The position numbers and the translations under genes were made by a program. Below are positions 1 to 8,638 of a stretch of 64,000 nucleotides of DNA, in pieces. This DNA is from Candidatus Chisholmbacteria bacterium RIFCSPHIGHO2_01_FULL_52_32 (GTDB lineage: Bacteria; Patescibacteriota; Microgenomatia; UBA1400; Chisholmbacteraceae): NCBI GenBank assembly GCA_001816585.1, contig MHCJ01000003.1, positions 714,681 through 778,680 of the forward strand, in the 5' to 3' direction. The notes beneath the pieces are model-generated. The model did not search any database. It worked only from the letters and a program-made list of their open reading frames with translations, and was not told the DNA's origin. Numbering within the stretch: the first letter of the stretch is position 1; the number at the start of each line of letters is the position of its first letter.

Positions 1-932
1 CTATTGTCCGCGGTGGCTGGCTTCCCCGGGGGTATTTGACGCATGTTTGTTATGGTTCTTTTCACCTTCTCAAGCGGCCAGTCATAACGAAATGCGCCTT
101 GAATGACAAGCGTATGCACCCCCTGATATTCCTCCCGGAATTCGCCCAAGGTTTCCGGGGTTAAATGCCCGCGAAACGGAAGGGCCCCCGGACCGATAAT
201 CGGGTAGACCGGGACGCCCGTTTTCTCCTCCACCTCCCGATATTGTGTCAGGGCTGCTTTGTTTGCCAATGTTGCCGGGATCATTCCCGAGTTTAAGGCA
301 GGATCGGACCGTGCGGAAAAGGGCCGGAGGTAGTCCGGGAACTTTCCGTATCGTTTTTTGTATTCGTAAAGGTAGCTTTGGAGAATGGTCCGGACACGGA
401 AGAGCGTTTCCACTTTTTCAAAGATGGGAATGACACCGACCTGCGGCATTCCGCGCAGGCGGAATTTAAACAGCGTGTGGTCGAGGTTTTCCAATTGGGT
501 ATAGGCTTCATGGATCGTTAATAAATCTTTCGGAGACTGTACCAATGGGATAATCACTTCCGTCAGCGGAGGGCTGTTGAGCCCGATTTCATAGGCAAGA
601 CTTTGTGCGGTTTTTAACGCGAACAGCGCCCGACCGATGCGGTAATCCCGCTTCGTATTGAGGTGCGGCAACCTGAAGGTGAGAAAGACGTCCCTCCCGA
701 GCTGTTTTTTGCGGAAGAACCTGAAATACTTCTGATATAACCGTTCGATGACCGCCTCGTCAACAAATTTTCCTTCCCAATCCCAGAGATATTCGTCCGC
801 TTGAAGCTCCGCAAACGAGCGATAGCACTCCTCTATTTCGCTTCTGGTTGAGATGAAGGCTGTTTTTTTCCAGTAGGGCACGCCGGCATGATCCGGATGC
901 TGAGCAATCATTACTTTCGGAGGCGTTTTCAT
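1..932 (-). CDS. ppcA: archaeal-type phosphoenolpyruvate carboxylase (PepcA family), N-terminal ~310 aa; the gene continues past the window start
   Basis: My hand translation of the minus strand from the ATG at ~932 (MKTPPKVMIAQHPDHAGVPYWKK...) stays open to position 1. The QHPD(N/H) N-terminal motif is typical of archaeal-type PEPC. The ORF track omits it because no stop lies in the window. Its start codon overlaps the stop of the upstream aminotransferase (ATGA). Confidence 0.5.
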   Translation of the reverse strand, partial: MKTPPKVMIAQHPDHAGVPYWKKTAFISTRSEIEECYRSFAELQADEYLWDWEGKFVDEAVIERLYQKYFRFFRKKQLGRDVFLTFRLPHLNTKRDYRIGRALFALKTAQSLAYEIGLNSPPLTEVIIPLVQSPKDLLTIHEAYTQLENLDHTLFKFRLRGMPQVGVIPIFEKVETLFRVRTILQSYLYEYKKRYGKFPDYLRPFSARSDPALNSGMIPATLANKAALTQYREVEEKTGVPVYPIIGPGALPFRGHLTPETLGEFREEYQGVHTLVIQGAFRYDWPLEKVKRTITNMRQIPPGKPATADN

Positions 933-2110
933 TCTTCCCTGAGAAACTCCCGTATTCTTTGTAATCCTTTGCGGAGCTGTCCCCTGTTTGCCGCAAAGCT
1001 TATCCTCATGAAGCCCGGAAAGGCGAAGGCTTCGCCGGGGACGACCGCGACCCCCTTTTTTTCAAGTAAGCGGGCGCACCACTGCGCGGATGTTTCTTTC
1101 CCGTTCAGCGCTTTTTTGATGTTTATAAAGACATAGAAAGCCCCTTTCGGCGGGACCGCCGAGAGAAGCGAGATCTTTCCCAGTTGTTCCAGAACCAGGT
1201 TTCTTCGCTTCTCATATTGTTTTGTCATCCGCTCAAGTTCCTTAGGCGTCCTGGTTATGGCTTCGAGCGCGCCGTATTGTGCTATTGAACATGTTCCCGA
1301 GGTCGTCAGGCTATTTAAGGCGGAAAGCTTTTGGGCCAGCAGCGGTGTCGTGTGGGCGTAGCCCACGCGCCAGCCGGTCATCGCATAGGTTTTGGAGAAA
1401 CTATTCACTGTGATCGTCTGCTGTCGGGTTTCCTTTGAAAGCGAGGCGATCGAGGTGTGCGACAGCTCATCGTAAATGAACTGCTCATAGACTTCATCGG
1501 CAAGTATATGAATCGGTCTACCGCGGAGGATCCCGGCGATGGCTTTGAGCTCTTCGCTCGGAATAACAGAACCGGTCGGATTGGATGGGGTGTTGACGAT
1601 AAGGATTTTTGTCCGATTAGTCAGATTCCGATGAACCGTTTCTGCATCAAGAACAAACGGCTGTTTGAGCGGCATGAGAACCGGTGTTGCGTCTGCCAAC
1701 CGGGCCTGCTCAATGAATGTTCCCCAAGCGGGGGTGGGGATGAGCACTTCATCCCCCGGTTCGCAGAGAAGCTGGAAGACAGCTGACAATACTTGTTTGG
1801 CACCCACACCGACAACCACTTCTTCCCAGGCCGCCGGTATGTGATTGACCCGCCGCAGTTTCCCGGCAATTGCTTTGCGGAGTTCTTTTACTCCTCCCGG
1901 CGGGGTGTAGTGTGTTAAGCCAAGATCCAAGGCCGCTTTGGCCGCTTTCCCAATCGACCACGGAGTTCTTCCGTCCGGCTCTCCGGCCGTCAGATTCACA
2001 ATGTCAACCCCTTGTTCTTTCAGCTGCTTTGCCTTGTCATTGAGGCTTAACATCGGCGATGGTTCCAAAAACTTTGCTCTATAACTTAATAATTCTTCCT
2101 GATTTTTCAT
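929..2110 (-). CDS. class I/II pyridoxal-phosphate aminotransferase, aspartate aminotransferase-like
   Basis: ORF 929..2155 contains SFSKTYAMTGWRVGY (PLP-lysine motif) and LTAGEPD, both AspC-like. The likely true start is the ATG at 2110 (MKNQEEL), since the track start at 2155 is a GTG. Confidence 0.85.
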   Translation of the reverse strand: MKNQEELLSYRAKFLEPSPMLSLNDKAKQLKEQGVDIVNLTAGEPDGRTPWSIGKAAKAALDLGLTHYTPPGGVKELRKAIAGKLRRVNHIPAAWEEVVVGVGAKQVLSAVFQLLCEPGDEVLIPTPAWGTFIEQARLADATPVLMPLKQPFVLDAETVHRNLTNRTKILIVNTPSNPTGSVIPSEELKAIAGILRGRPIHILADEVYEQFIYDELSHTSIASLSKETRQQTITVNSFSKTYAMTGWRVGYAHTTPLLAQKLSALNSLTTSGTCSIAQYGALEAITRTPKELERMTKQYEKRRNLVLEQLGKISLLSAVPPKGAFYVFINIKKALNGKETSAQWCARLLEKKGVAVVPGEAFAFPGFMRISFAANRGQLRKGLQRIREFLREE

Positions 2111-2322
2111 AAAAAAACCGTCGCTTCTTAAAGGGTCCAAGAAGGACGGTGCCACCTTTTGTTTATCTCGTTTCAGCTGTCACGGGCTCACCCGGCGTCT
2201 TACTTTCCTGCGCAGCGTTCCCACTTATTTTTTTGGGATTGTCTGTTGTCAGCAGACTCAAACGCTTTTTTACAAATTTTATGCACTATATTCTTTATTT
2301 CTTACGATGTCAACAGTCCCAC

Positions 2323-2352
2323 TTGACAAGGCGGGGTGGGTTCGCTTATTAT
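2323..2352 (+). promoter_or_regulatory. sigma-70-like promoter (TTGACA, 17-18 nt spacer, TATTAT)
   Basis: TTGACAaggcggggtgggttcgcTTATTAT was read directly from the sequence. It points toward the small ORF at 2392 and is antisense to the recJ 3' end. Confidence 0.45.
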
Positions 2353-2391
2353 GTGTAGCTGTTGTGTATTCGCTTTTTATAAATATTTGCA

Positions 2392-2571
2392 ATGGCTAAA
2401 TCACAAGAAACAGCGGAACGCACGGACAGAGATTTTGAGCCGATCACCGATGGATCCGCGGAAGACTTGGCACGCGTTCGCTTCATCCATTTGGCATGGT
2501 TAGAACACGCGCTGTCCGCGGCGGCTAACGAGGAAGCTTTGAATAATCCTTCCGAAGATACGGATTCGTAA
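2392..2571 (+). CDS. hypothetical acidic small protein, 59 aa (just below the ORF-track cutoff)
   Basis: ATG at 2392 to TAA at 2571 encodes MAKSQETAERTDRDFEPITDGSAEDLARVRFIHLAWLEHALSAAANEEALNNPSEDTDS. It sits downstream of a strong promoter, has no clear SD, and could instead mark a small RNA. Confidence 0.25.
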   Translation: MAKSQETAERTDRDFEPITDGSAEDLARVRFIHLAWLEHALSAAANEEALNNPSEDTDS

Positions 2572-2605
2572 CCTTCGTCATAGTGCTCGACTTTGACTCT
2601 CCCCG

Positions 2606-4318
2606 TTATTCTTCGCTCGGTTTGACGTCTTTCAGCTTTACCTGCAGAGTACTTTCTCCGTTCCACTCATTCGTCTCGATCGTAAAGGCAATGTCAATGG
2701 TCCTTTTGCCTTCGAGCGCCCGTATTTGCTCTCCCATGCCAAAACCGATTGCGGAAAGCCAGTGATCTGCCGAGGGCTGATTTCCGCGATCGGGCCCGAC
2801 CACCAATTTCAAGTGTTTTCCGTCGGCACCTACCTGACGCAGTGAGCGGGGGAAAACGCCTTTTGTTACAAACACCGGGACAGGATTGGCCATCCCGAAC
2901 GGTTCAAAGGCTTGGATTTTTTTGTACAATCCGTCTGTGATGTCGGAAAATGCGAGTTCACTGTCGACCTTCAGTGTTTTTTCCTGACGTTTCTTCCCTA
3001 AATGTTTACGGGCGGCCTGATGCATCCTCCGGGCAAAGACCTGGATGTGTTTTGTTTCAATGGTAAATCCCGCCGCCATCGGGTGGCCGCCAACATCAAC
3101 CAGGAGATCCTCGAACTGGCGGATCCTGTCGATGATATTAAATCCCGGAACGGAGCGGGCCGATGCCTTGGAAAGCTGTTGTCCGCGGGAAACGATAATC
3201 GTCGGCTTTGCGAATTCCTCTACCATTTTTCCGGCTATAAGCCCGATAATCCCTTCATGAAATTCCTCATGGTCAATGAAGATGAGTTGTTCTTCGCTTT
3301 TTCCGATGTTCGCGTACAGGGTTTTGGCTATCAATAGTGTTTCTTCCAAAAGCTTTCGGCGCTTCCTGTTCGTGTCTCCGATTCTTTCGGTCAGTTCTTT
3401 GGCACGCTGTTTGTTATGCGTGCATATAAGGCGTAATGCGTCCGTAGCTCTCTCGAGTCTTCCCATGGCGTTGAGGCGCGGGGCAATCATGAAGTTTATA
3501 TGGAAAGTGTTGATTTCTCCCGGGGAAATCTGCGCTTCCAAAAAAAGTTCCCGGAGGCCAATCCGTTTCGTTTCGCGTAATTCTTTTAGCCCCTCTTTGA
3601 CGATGGCGCGGTTTGCGCCAAGAAGCGGCACCATGTCTGCCACCGTGCCGATCGTTGCAAGGTCCAAGGAACTCCGGTGCGGCAATTTGGGAGTGAGCTC
3701 GGTTAAAAGCTCTCTAGCAAAAATCCAACTCACCCCTGAGCCTGCCAGCTTCGTGGTATGAATGATCGCTAAGGCTTTGGGAAGGTGTTTTGATTTCTCA
3801 TGGTGGTCACAAATCACCACATCAATGCCTTTTTTCTTGGCGTAGTCGACCCCGCTTTCGGCTACTATCCCGTTGTCAACGGTCATGATGAGAGTGGGCG
3901 TAGAGCGAAGGGCATAGAGCGAAGGGTTCTTGAGGATAGCATCGATACCTTTGATAGACAATCCGTAGCCGTGTGTTTCCCGATCGGGGATGAAGGGCAG
4001 TACGTTGGCGCCCGCTGAAAAGAGCGCTTCCCAGAGGATGGCTGCGGCACAGACGCCATCGGCGTCGTAGTCCCCATAAACTATGATCAGTTCTTTTGCT
4101 TTGATTGCCTTTCGTATTCGCGTAATTGCTTTTTTCAGTTCCCGTTTGTTTATGCCAACTTCCGTCAAGGTGATGGCTTGCGGATGCCGGGGTTTTAGAA
4201 ATTCCCGTACGTTTTTTGGGGACTTCAGCCCGCGGTTGCGAAGGAGGATTTTTATCACTTCCTCTTTTCGCTCACTTGGTGATTTTTTGGTAAGCTGTGA
4301 TTGGATTTGCCACTGCAT
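2606..4318 (-). CDS. recJ: single-stranded-DNA-specific exonuclease RecJ
   Basis: DHH motifs (VYGDYDADGV, VICDHH) and a DHHA1-like C-terminus, 570 aa. Confidence 0.9.
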   Translation of the reverse strand: MQWQIQSQLTKKSPSERKEEVIKILLRNRGLKSPKNVREFLKPRHPQAITLTEVGINKRELKKAITRIRKAIKAKELIIVYGDYDADGVCAAAILWEALFSAGANVLPFIPDRETHGYGLSIKGIDAILKNPSLYALRSTPTLIMTVDNGIVAESGVDYAKKKGIDVVICDHHEKSKHLPKALAIIHTTKLAGSGVSWIFARELLTELTPKLPHRSSLDLATIGTVADMVPLLGANRAIVKEGLKELRETKRIGLRELFLEAQISPGEINTFHINFMIAPRLNAMGRLERATDALRLICTHNKQRAKELTERIGDTNRKRRKLLEETLLIAKTLYANIGKSEEQLIFIDHEEFHEGIIGLIAGKMVEEFAKPTIIVSRGQQLSKASARSVPGFNIIDRIRQFEDLLVDVGGHPMAAGFTIETKHIQVFARRMHQAARKHLGKKRQEKTLKVDSELAFSDITDGLYKKIQAFEPFGMANPVPVFVTKGVFPRSLRQVGADGKHLKLVVGPDRGNQPSADHWLSAIGFGMGEQIRALEGKRTIDIAFTIETNEWNGESTLQVKLKDVKPSEE

Positions 4319-4376
4319 CTTCGCCCCCTTCGGGAATGAGTCTCGTTTCAGATGAGTTTATAATGGTGTTACACCG

Positions 4377-5810
4377 ATGATCGCTTTCTCTTTACCCTCG
4401 TTGGTCGTTCGCATTCTTTCTACACTGCACGAAGCTGGCTTTCAAGCCTACGTTGTCGGCGGTGCAATCCGTGACCTTATCCAGCAAAAGGAGGTCTATG
4501 ATTGGGATTTCACCACCGATGCGGTGCCTGATGAAATCATGAAACTGTTTTGGGAAAGTTTTTACGATAATACGTTCGGAACCGTACGCGTTTCCGGCAA
4601 GCATCTTGCCATTCAATTTGAGCAACCATCGTTGGGATCGGAGGATATGCTGTTTGATATCACCACCTTCCGAACCGAACACGGGTACAGCGACCGACGC
4701 CGGCCCGACCGGGTGGTGTGGGGGAAAAACCTTGAGGAAGATCTGTCCAGACGGGATTTTACGATCAACGCACTTGCGCTTAAACCCCAGTCGGACGAAG
4801 CGCTGGCGAAAGCCTTGAAAATGGTGAGGGTCTCTCCTGAAGTTTCCCTCGATACCGAGATTATTGATCTGTTTCAGGGTCAAGCAGACCTGGCACGGAA
4901 ACTCATACGGACCGTCGGCGATCCGAACATGCGTTTTAATGAGGATGCCCTGCGGATGATACGGGCAATCCGCATCGGTTCCCAGCTCGCCTTTTTCATC
5001 GAGGAAAAGACACTCACCGCCATTCAGCAGAATGCAAAGCTTCTGACGCATATCAGCTGGGAGAGAATCCGGGACGAGCTCCTGAAACTTTTCGCCTCAC
5101 CTTTTCCCGCGGACGGCGTGATGCTCCTTCATTCTTCCGGTCTTCTTCAATACATCTTGCCTGAGCTTATGGCGGGGCAGAAGATTCCCCAGGCCGGACA
5201 CCACATCTATGACGTTTGGACCCATTCCATTGAAAGCCTGCGCGGATGCCCCTCCACTGACCCAATTGTCCGGCTGGCAACCTTGCTTCACGATATCGGG
5301 AAGCCCCGGACTTTCCGACAGACGAACGGAAAGATTACCTTTTACAACCATGAGGTTGCCGGCGCGACGATCGCTCGGACAATTGCCCTGCGCTTGCGGC
5401 TTTCCAAAGCCCAGACGGAGAAGCTCGTGACGTTGGTGCGCTGGCATATGTTTGCCTACGCTCCGACAATGACCGATGCGGCAATCAGGCGGTTTATCCG
5501 AAGGGTCGGTATTGTCAATATCAACGATATGATGCTGCTTCGGGTGGGAGACAGAAAGGGCGGAGGGAGTAAGGCAACCTCGTGGAGACTGACGGAACTG
5601 CAGCGCCGGGTCGGTGAGCAACTCTATGAACCCCTGACCGTGAGGGATCTTAAGATTGACGGGCATGATGTGATGGAAGTCCTGAAAATCGGGCCGGGAC
5701 CAAAGGTCGGAGAAATCCTCAGCGTACTGTTTGAGGAAATCATGGAAGAAACGAAAAAGAACACGCGGGAGTATCTTTTGGAGAGAATTAAGGAGTTGGG
5801 TCAAAAATAA
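4377..5810 (+). CDS. cca: CCA-adding tRNA nucleotidyltransferase with HD domain
   Basis: PolyA-polymerase head domain (VVGGAIRDLI) and an HD motif (LLHDIGKP), 477 aa. A TATAAT -10 lies at ~4352. Confidence 0.85.
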   Translation: MIAFSLPSLVVRILSTLHEAGFQAYVVGGAIRDLIQQKEVYDWDFTTDAVPDEIMKLFWESFYDNTFGTVRVSGKHLAIQFEQPSLGSEDMLFDITTFRTEHGYSDRRRPDRVVWGKNLEEDLSRRDFTINALALKPQSDEALAKALKMVRVSPEVSLDTEIIDLFQGQADLARKLIRTVGDPNMRFNEDALRMIRAIRIGSQLAFFIEEKTLTAIQQNAKLLTHISWERIRDELLKLFASPFPADGVMLLHSSGLLQYILPELMAGQKIPQAGHHIYDVWTHSIESLRGCPSTDPIVRLATLLHDIGKPRTFRQTNGKITFYNHEVAGATIARTIALRLRLSKAQTEKLVTLVRWHMFAYAPTMTDAAIRRFIRRVGIVNINDMMLLRVGDRKGGGSKATSWRLTELQRRVGEQLYEPLTVRDLKIDGHDVMEVLKIGPGPKVGEILSVLFEEIMEETKKNTREYLLERIKELGQK

Positions 5811-5830
5811 TTTTTTCCTCTGCAGTTGAC

Positions 5831-5965
5831 TTAAGGGCCAAGGGTTTAGGGCGCAGGGTATGGGGAGAGGAAGTTAGAGGAGGTTAGAGGGGATTAGGGC
5901 CCCAGTGAGATAGGGCGGAGCCCATCTCACGGGGTCAGGGAGAAGTAAAGGGTGGTTAAGGGGGG
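5831..5965 (+). repeat. intergenic G-rich octamer array (TTAGGGC, TTAGAGG units) plus conserved hairpin module, copy 1
   Basis: gggtttagggcgcagggtatgggg...gaagttagaggaggttagaggggattaggg is followed by the hairpin CCCCAGTGAGATAG-GGCGGAGCC-CATCTCACGGGGTCAGGGAGAAG at ~5901-5945. The region is the convergent junction of cca and secF. Confidence 0.8.
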
Positions 5966-6847
5966 TTAGGATTTTCTGCGCTTGAAATTCTCCCAAATCA
6001 CGAGTAAGGGCGCAGCGGTAAAAGTAGAACTATAGGTGCCGGTTACGGTTCCGATCAGGAGGGCCGTGGCGAACCAGCGGATGGTCACGCCGCCAAACAA
6101 TAGGAGAGCGGTAAGCATAAAGATAATGGTTAACGAGTTATTGAGGCTTCTTCCCAAGGTTTCGGCCACCGCTAAGTTCACAATCTCTTCATAGTGTGCC
6201 TGCGGATGACGTTTCCGGGATTCACGGATCCGATCATAGACCACAATCGTGTCATGCACGGAAAACGAGAGGATGGTTAAGACCGCCGTGACAAAAAGGG
6301 TATCCACCTCAACACCCAGAAAATGTCCGAGGAGACTGAAGGATCCTAAAATCACGAGCGTGTCATGGAACATTGCAAGGATCGCGCAGATGCCGTACTT
6401 CAGTTCTTTGAATCGGTACGCCACATAGATGAGTATCAGCAAAGCTGCTATGACTACCGCCATGACTGTTTTTTGTAAAAGCTCCCTGCCTATGGTCGGT
6501 CCCACCGATTCAAATCGCCTTTCCACGACTCCTCCAAGCTGTTCTTTTACTCTATCGGTGAAGGCGAGCTTTTGGTCTTCGGAGATCGGTTTGGTGCGCA
6601 ACATCACCGTTCCTTCGCCGGTCTGTTGAACCGCGTAAACCTCGACGTCTTGGCCCACCAGATCCCGGAGTGCCGATTCTGTGACCTGTTTACCTTCGTG
6701 CGGCTGAATTTCAAGCTCAATGAGGGCTCCGCCGGTAAAATCAATTGCAGGCCGTAATCCGAATCGAACCAGAGACCAGGCGCCCGGAAGAATCACCGCG
6801 AGAGAGAGTGCGAAGTAAAGCAGTTTAAAACGCATGAATCGTATCAT
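5966..6847 (-). CDS. secF: protein translocase subunit SecF
   Basis: SecF-like polytopic sequence. The start MIRFMRF overlaps the secD stop (ATGA) at ~6847, so the track ORF 5966..6895 extends into secD. Confidence 0.85.
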   Translation of the reverse strand: MIRFMRFKLLYFALSLAVILPGAWSLVRFGLRPAIDFTGGALIELEIQPHEGKQVTESALRDLVGQDVEVYAVQQTGEGTVMLRTKPISEDQKLAFTDRVKEQLGGVVERRFESVGPTIGRELLQKTVMAVVIAALLILIYVAYRFKELKYGICAILAMFHDTLVILGSFSLLGHFLGVEVDTLFVTAVLTILSFSVHDTIVVYDRIRESRKRHPQAHYEEIVNLAVAETLGRSLNNSLTIIFMLTALLLFGGVTIRWFATALLIGTVTGTYSSTFTAAPLLVIWENFKRRKS

Positions 6848-8301
6848 CGCCCACCCCGAATCTTTGCCAATATACGTCCGATTTTTGCACTCCATTGAAT
6901 TCCCCGGGGTTCGCCGCCTTGCTTTGTCTCATCTCTTTCATAGAGGACCCGCAAAAATGTCCGGGTCACCACGATACCGGTAAACAAGCTTATCAGTACC
7001 CCAATCCCCAGGGTCAGCGCGAAACCGCGCGCCATCCCGCTGGTGGGAAGAAATGTCCATTCGAAGGGATTGAGAAGAACGAAACAAGTGAGCAGGGTTG
7101 CCGTATTCGCGTCCTTGATGCTGTCCCAAGCCCGACCAAACCCCAATTCCATTGCCGCCCGCCACTTTTTTCCGCTCCTCTCCTCCTCTTTCATGCGTTC
7201 GAAGATTAAAATGTTTGCGTCAACCGCCATTCCGACCGATAAAATAAATCCCGTCAGTCCAGGGAGTGTGACGGTGATCGGGACGAGTTTATAAATTGCC
7301 AGGGTAATAATTCCGTAGACCAGGAGCGCAGCATCCGCTATTACCCCCAACCATCCATACGTTGCAGCCATAAAGAAGATGACGATGGTCAGCCCGATTG
7401 CACCCGCTTCGAGACTCTTGACTACCGAATCTTGTCCAAGCGTTGCGCCCACGCTTCGCTGTTCAATCACTTTGATGGGTACCGGCAGGGCTCCGGCGTT
7501 GAGCTGTATCGCAAGGTTCTTGGCTTCCTCGAGCGTGAAATCTCCGGTAATGACCGCATTCCCGGATGTGATTTCTTCTTGGACCGTGGGGGCGGTCAAC
7601 GGACTCTCATCGAGAAAGATTGCCAGTCGTTTTCCCACGTTTCTCGACGTAATTTGCGAAAATTTGTCCTTTCCTTCAGCGGTAAACGACAGCGCCACCA
7701 CAGGCTTTCCGGTTTGACTTTGATCAAACTGCACCTGAGCTCTGGCAAGATCTTTCCCCGTGAGGTTCGTCGGTTGGTATTTGATAATCGATGTTTCCGC
7801 TTCAAGAGACTCGGTTGCGCTTGGTTGGTTATTCTCTCCCGGTTCTTCCCGGAAGTCGAGCTGGGCAGTTTTCCCGATAAGGTCAATTGCCTGCTTCGTA
7901 TTTGCAACACCGGCCAGTTCCACGATAATCCGATATTGATCCTTATTGTTGGCGGTCTGGATGAGCGGTTCCGCAATTCCGTAGAGATCAACCCTCCTTG
8001 AGATGATTTCTTCGGAACTTCGGAGCGCATCTTCCCGATCTTTTTCCTCAATCCCCGACATGTCGGCTTCAAATACTAAGTGGGTTCCCCCTTTGAGGTC
8101 CAGGCCCTGATGAATTGTTAAGTCCCTTCGGAATCTTAGCTGTCCGACGCCGAGGTTAAGAAGAGGGCGGCGGATCACCGTATCGATCCTGAGAGGTCCA
8201 ATACCACCCCTGATCGGAAGCTCACCCGGAAGATCAATGATCAGCGCAACCAGGGCCAAGCCAATCAGGCTTAAGAACAGCTTCCGTGGTTTCTTATACA
8301 T
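6844..8301 (-). CDS. secD: protein translocase subunit SecD
   Basis: LDLKGGTHLVFEAD and a periplasmic domain followed by a C-terminal TM bundle, 485 aa. Confidence 0.9.
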   Translation of the reverse strand: MYKKPRKLFLSLIGLALVALIIDLPGELPIRGGIGPLRIDTVIRRPLLNLGVGQLRFRRDLTIHQGLDLKGGTHLVFEADMSGIEEKDREDALRSSEEIISRRVDLYGIAEPLIQTANNKDQYRIIVELAGVANTKQAIDLIGKTAQLDFREEPGENNQPSATESLEAETSIIKYQPTNLTGKDLARAQVQFDQSQTGKPVVALSFTAEGKDKFSQITSRNVGKRLAIFLDESPLTAPTVQEEITSGNAVITGDFTLEEAKNLAIQLNAGALPVPIKVIEQRSVGATLGQDSVVKSLEAGAIGLTIVIFFMAATYGWLGVIADAALLVYGIITLAIYKLVPITVTLPGLTGFILSVGMAVDANILIFERMKEEERSGKKWRAAMELGFGRAWDSIKDANTATLLTCFVLLNPFEWTFLPTSGMARGFALTLGIGVLISLFTGIVVTRTFLRVLYERDETKQGGEPRGIQWSAKIGRILAKIRGGR

Positions 8302-8414
8302 ACCTCTTTTTTATTTTACATCTCCACTCTTTTGTGCAAAGGAAAGATTTCTTTCTATGATTATAGCGTGTCAAACGTGACTGTTCCTTGTGATTTGACG
8401 GGAGAGAAGGTTTT

Positions 8415-8627
8415 TTACGGTTTCTTTGTGACTGATGGCTTTTCCCTAAAGAGCCGAGTTTCAAGGGTGAGCTGTCTGGCTCCGGAGAAGGTATAGATTA
8501 CCCGTCCTTTTTCGGGAGCGGTCCGTACGTCCACCATATCCCCAACTTTCACCCCAACGCTTTTGACGAACTCCGCAGGTACGGTAACGGCGGTTGAATT
8601 TCCGGCTCGTATTACCTTTTTAAGCAT
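8415..8627 (-). CDS. SpoVT/AbrB-domain small DNA-binding protein (antitoxin-like)
   Basis: AGNSTAVTVPAEFVKSVGVKVGDMV is a swapped-hairpin AbrB/MazE-like motif, 70 aa. It starts 11 nt downstream of the preceding gene. Confidence 0.6.
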   Translation of the reverse strand: MLKKVIRAGNSTAVTVPAEFVKSVGVKVGDMVDVRTAPEKGRVIYTFSGARQLTLETRLFREKPSVTKKP

Positions 8628-8638
8628 ATCCTGGTCCC

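Noticed and set aside
2349-2666. Minus-strand 105-aa ORF overlapping the recJ 3' end
   Set aside because: The translation is low-complexity (Ser/Ala/Arg-rich), overlaps recJ in another frame, and has no promoter or RBS support.
5831-5900. CRISPR array interpretation of the tandem octamer arrays
   Set aside because: The units are 7-11 nt and degenerate, have no unique spacers of ~30 nt, and no cas genes are nearby. They are simple tandem repeats, not CRISPR.
5901-5945. Hairpin module as a Rho-independent bidirectional terminator
   Set aside because: No U-tract follows the stem on either strand in any of the three copies, so a canonical intrinsic-terminator role is unlikely. A structural role is kept as a finding.
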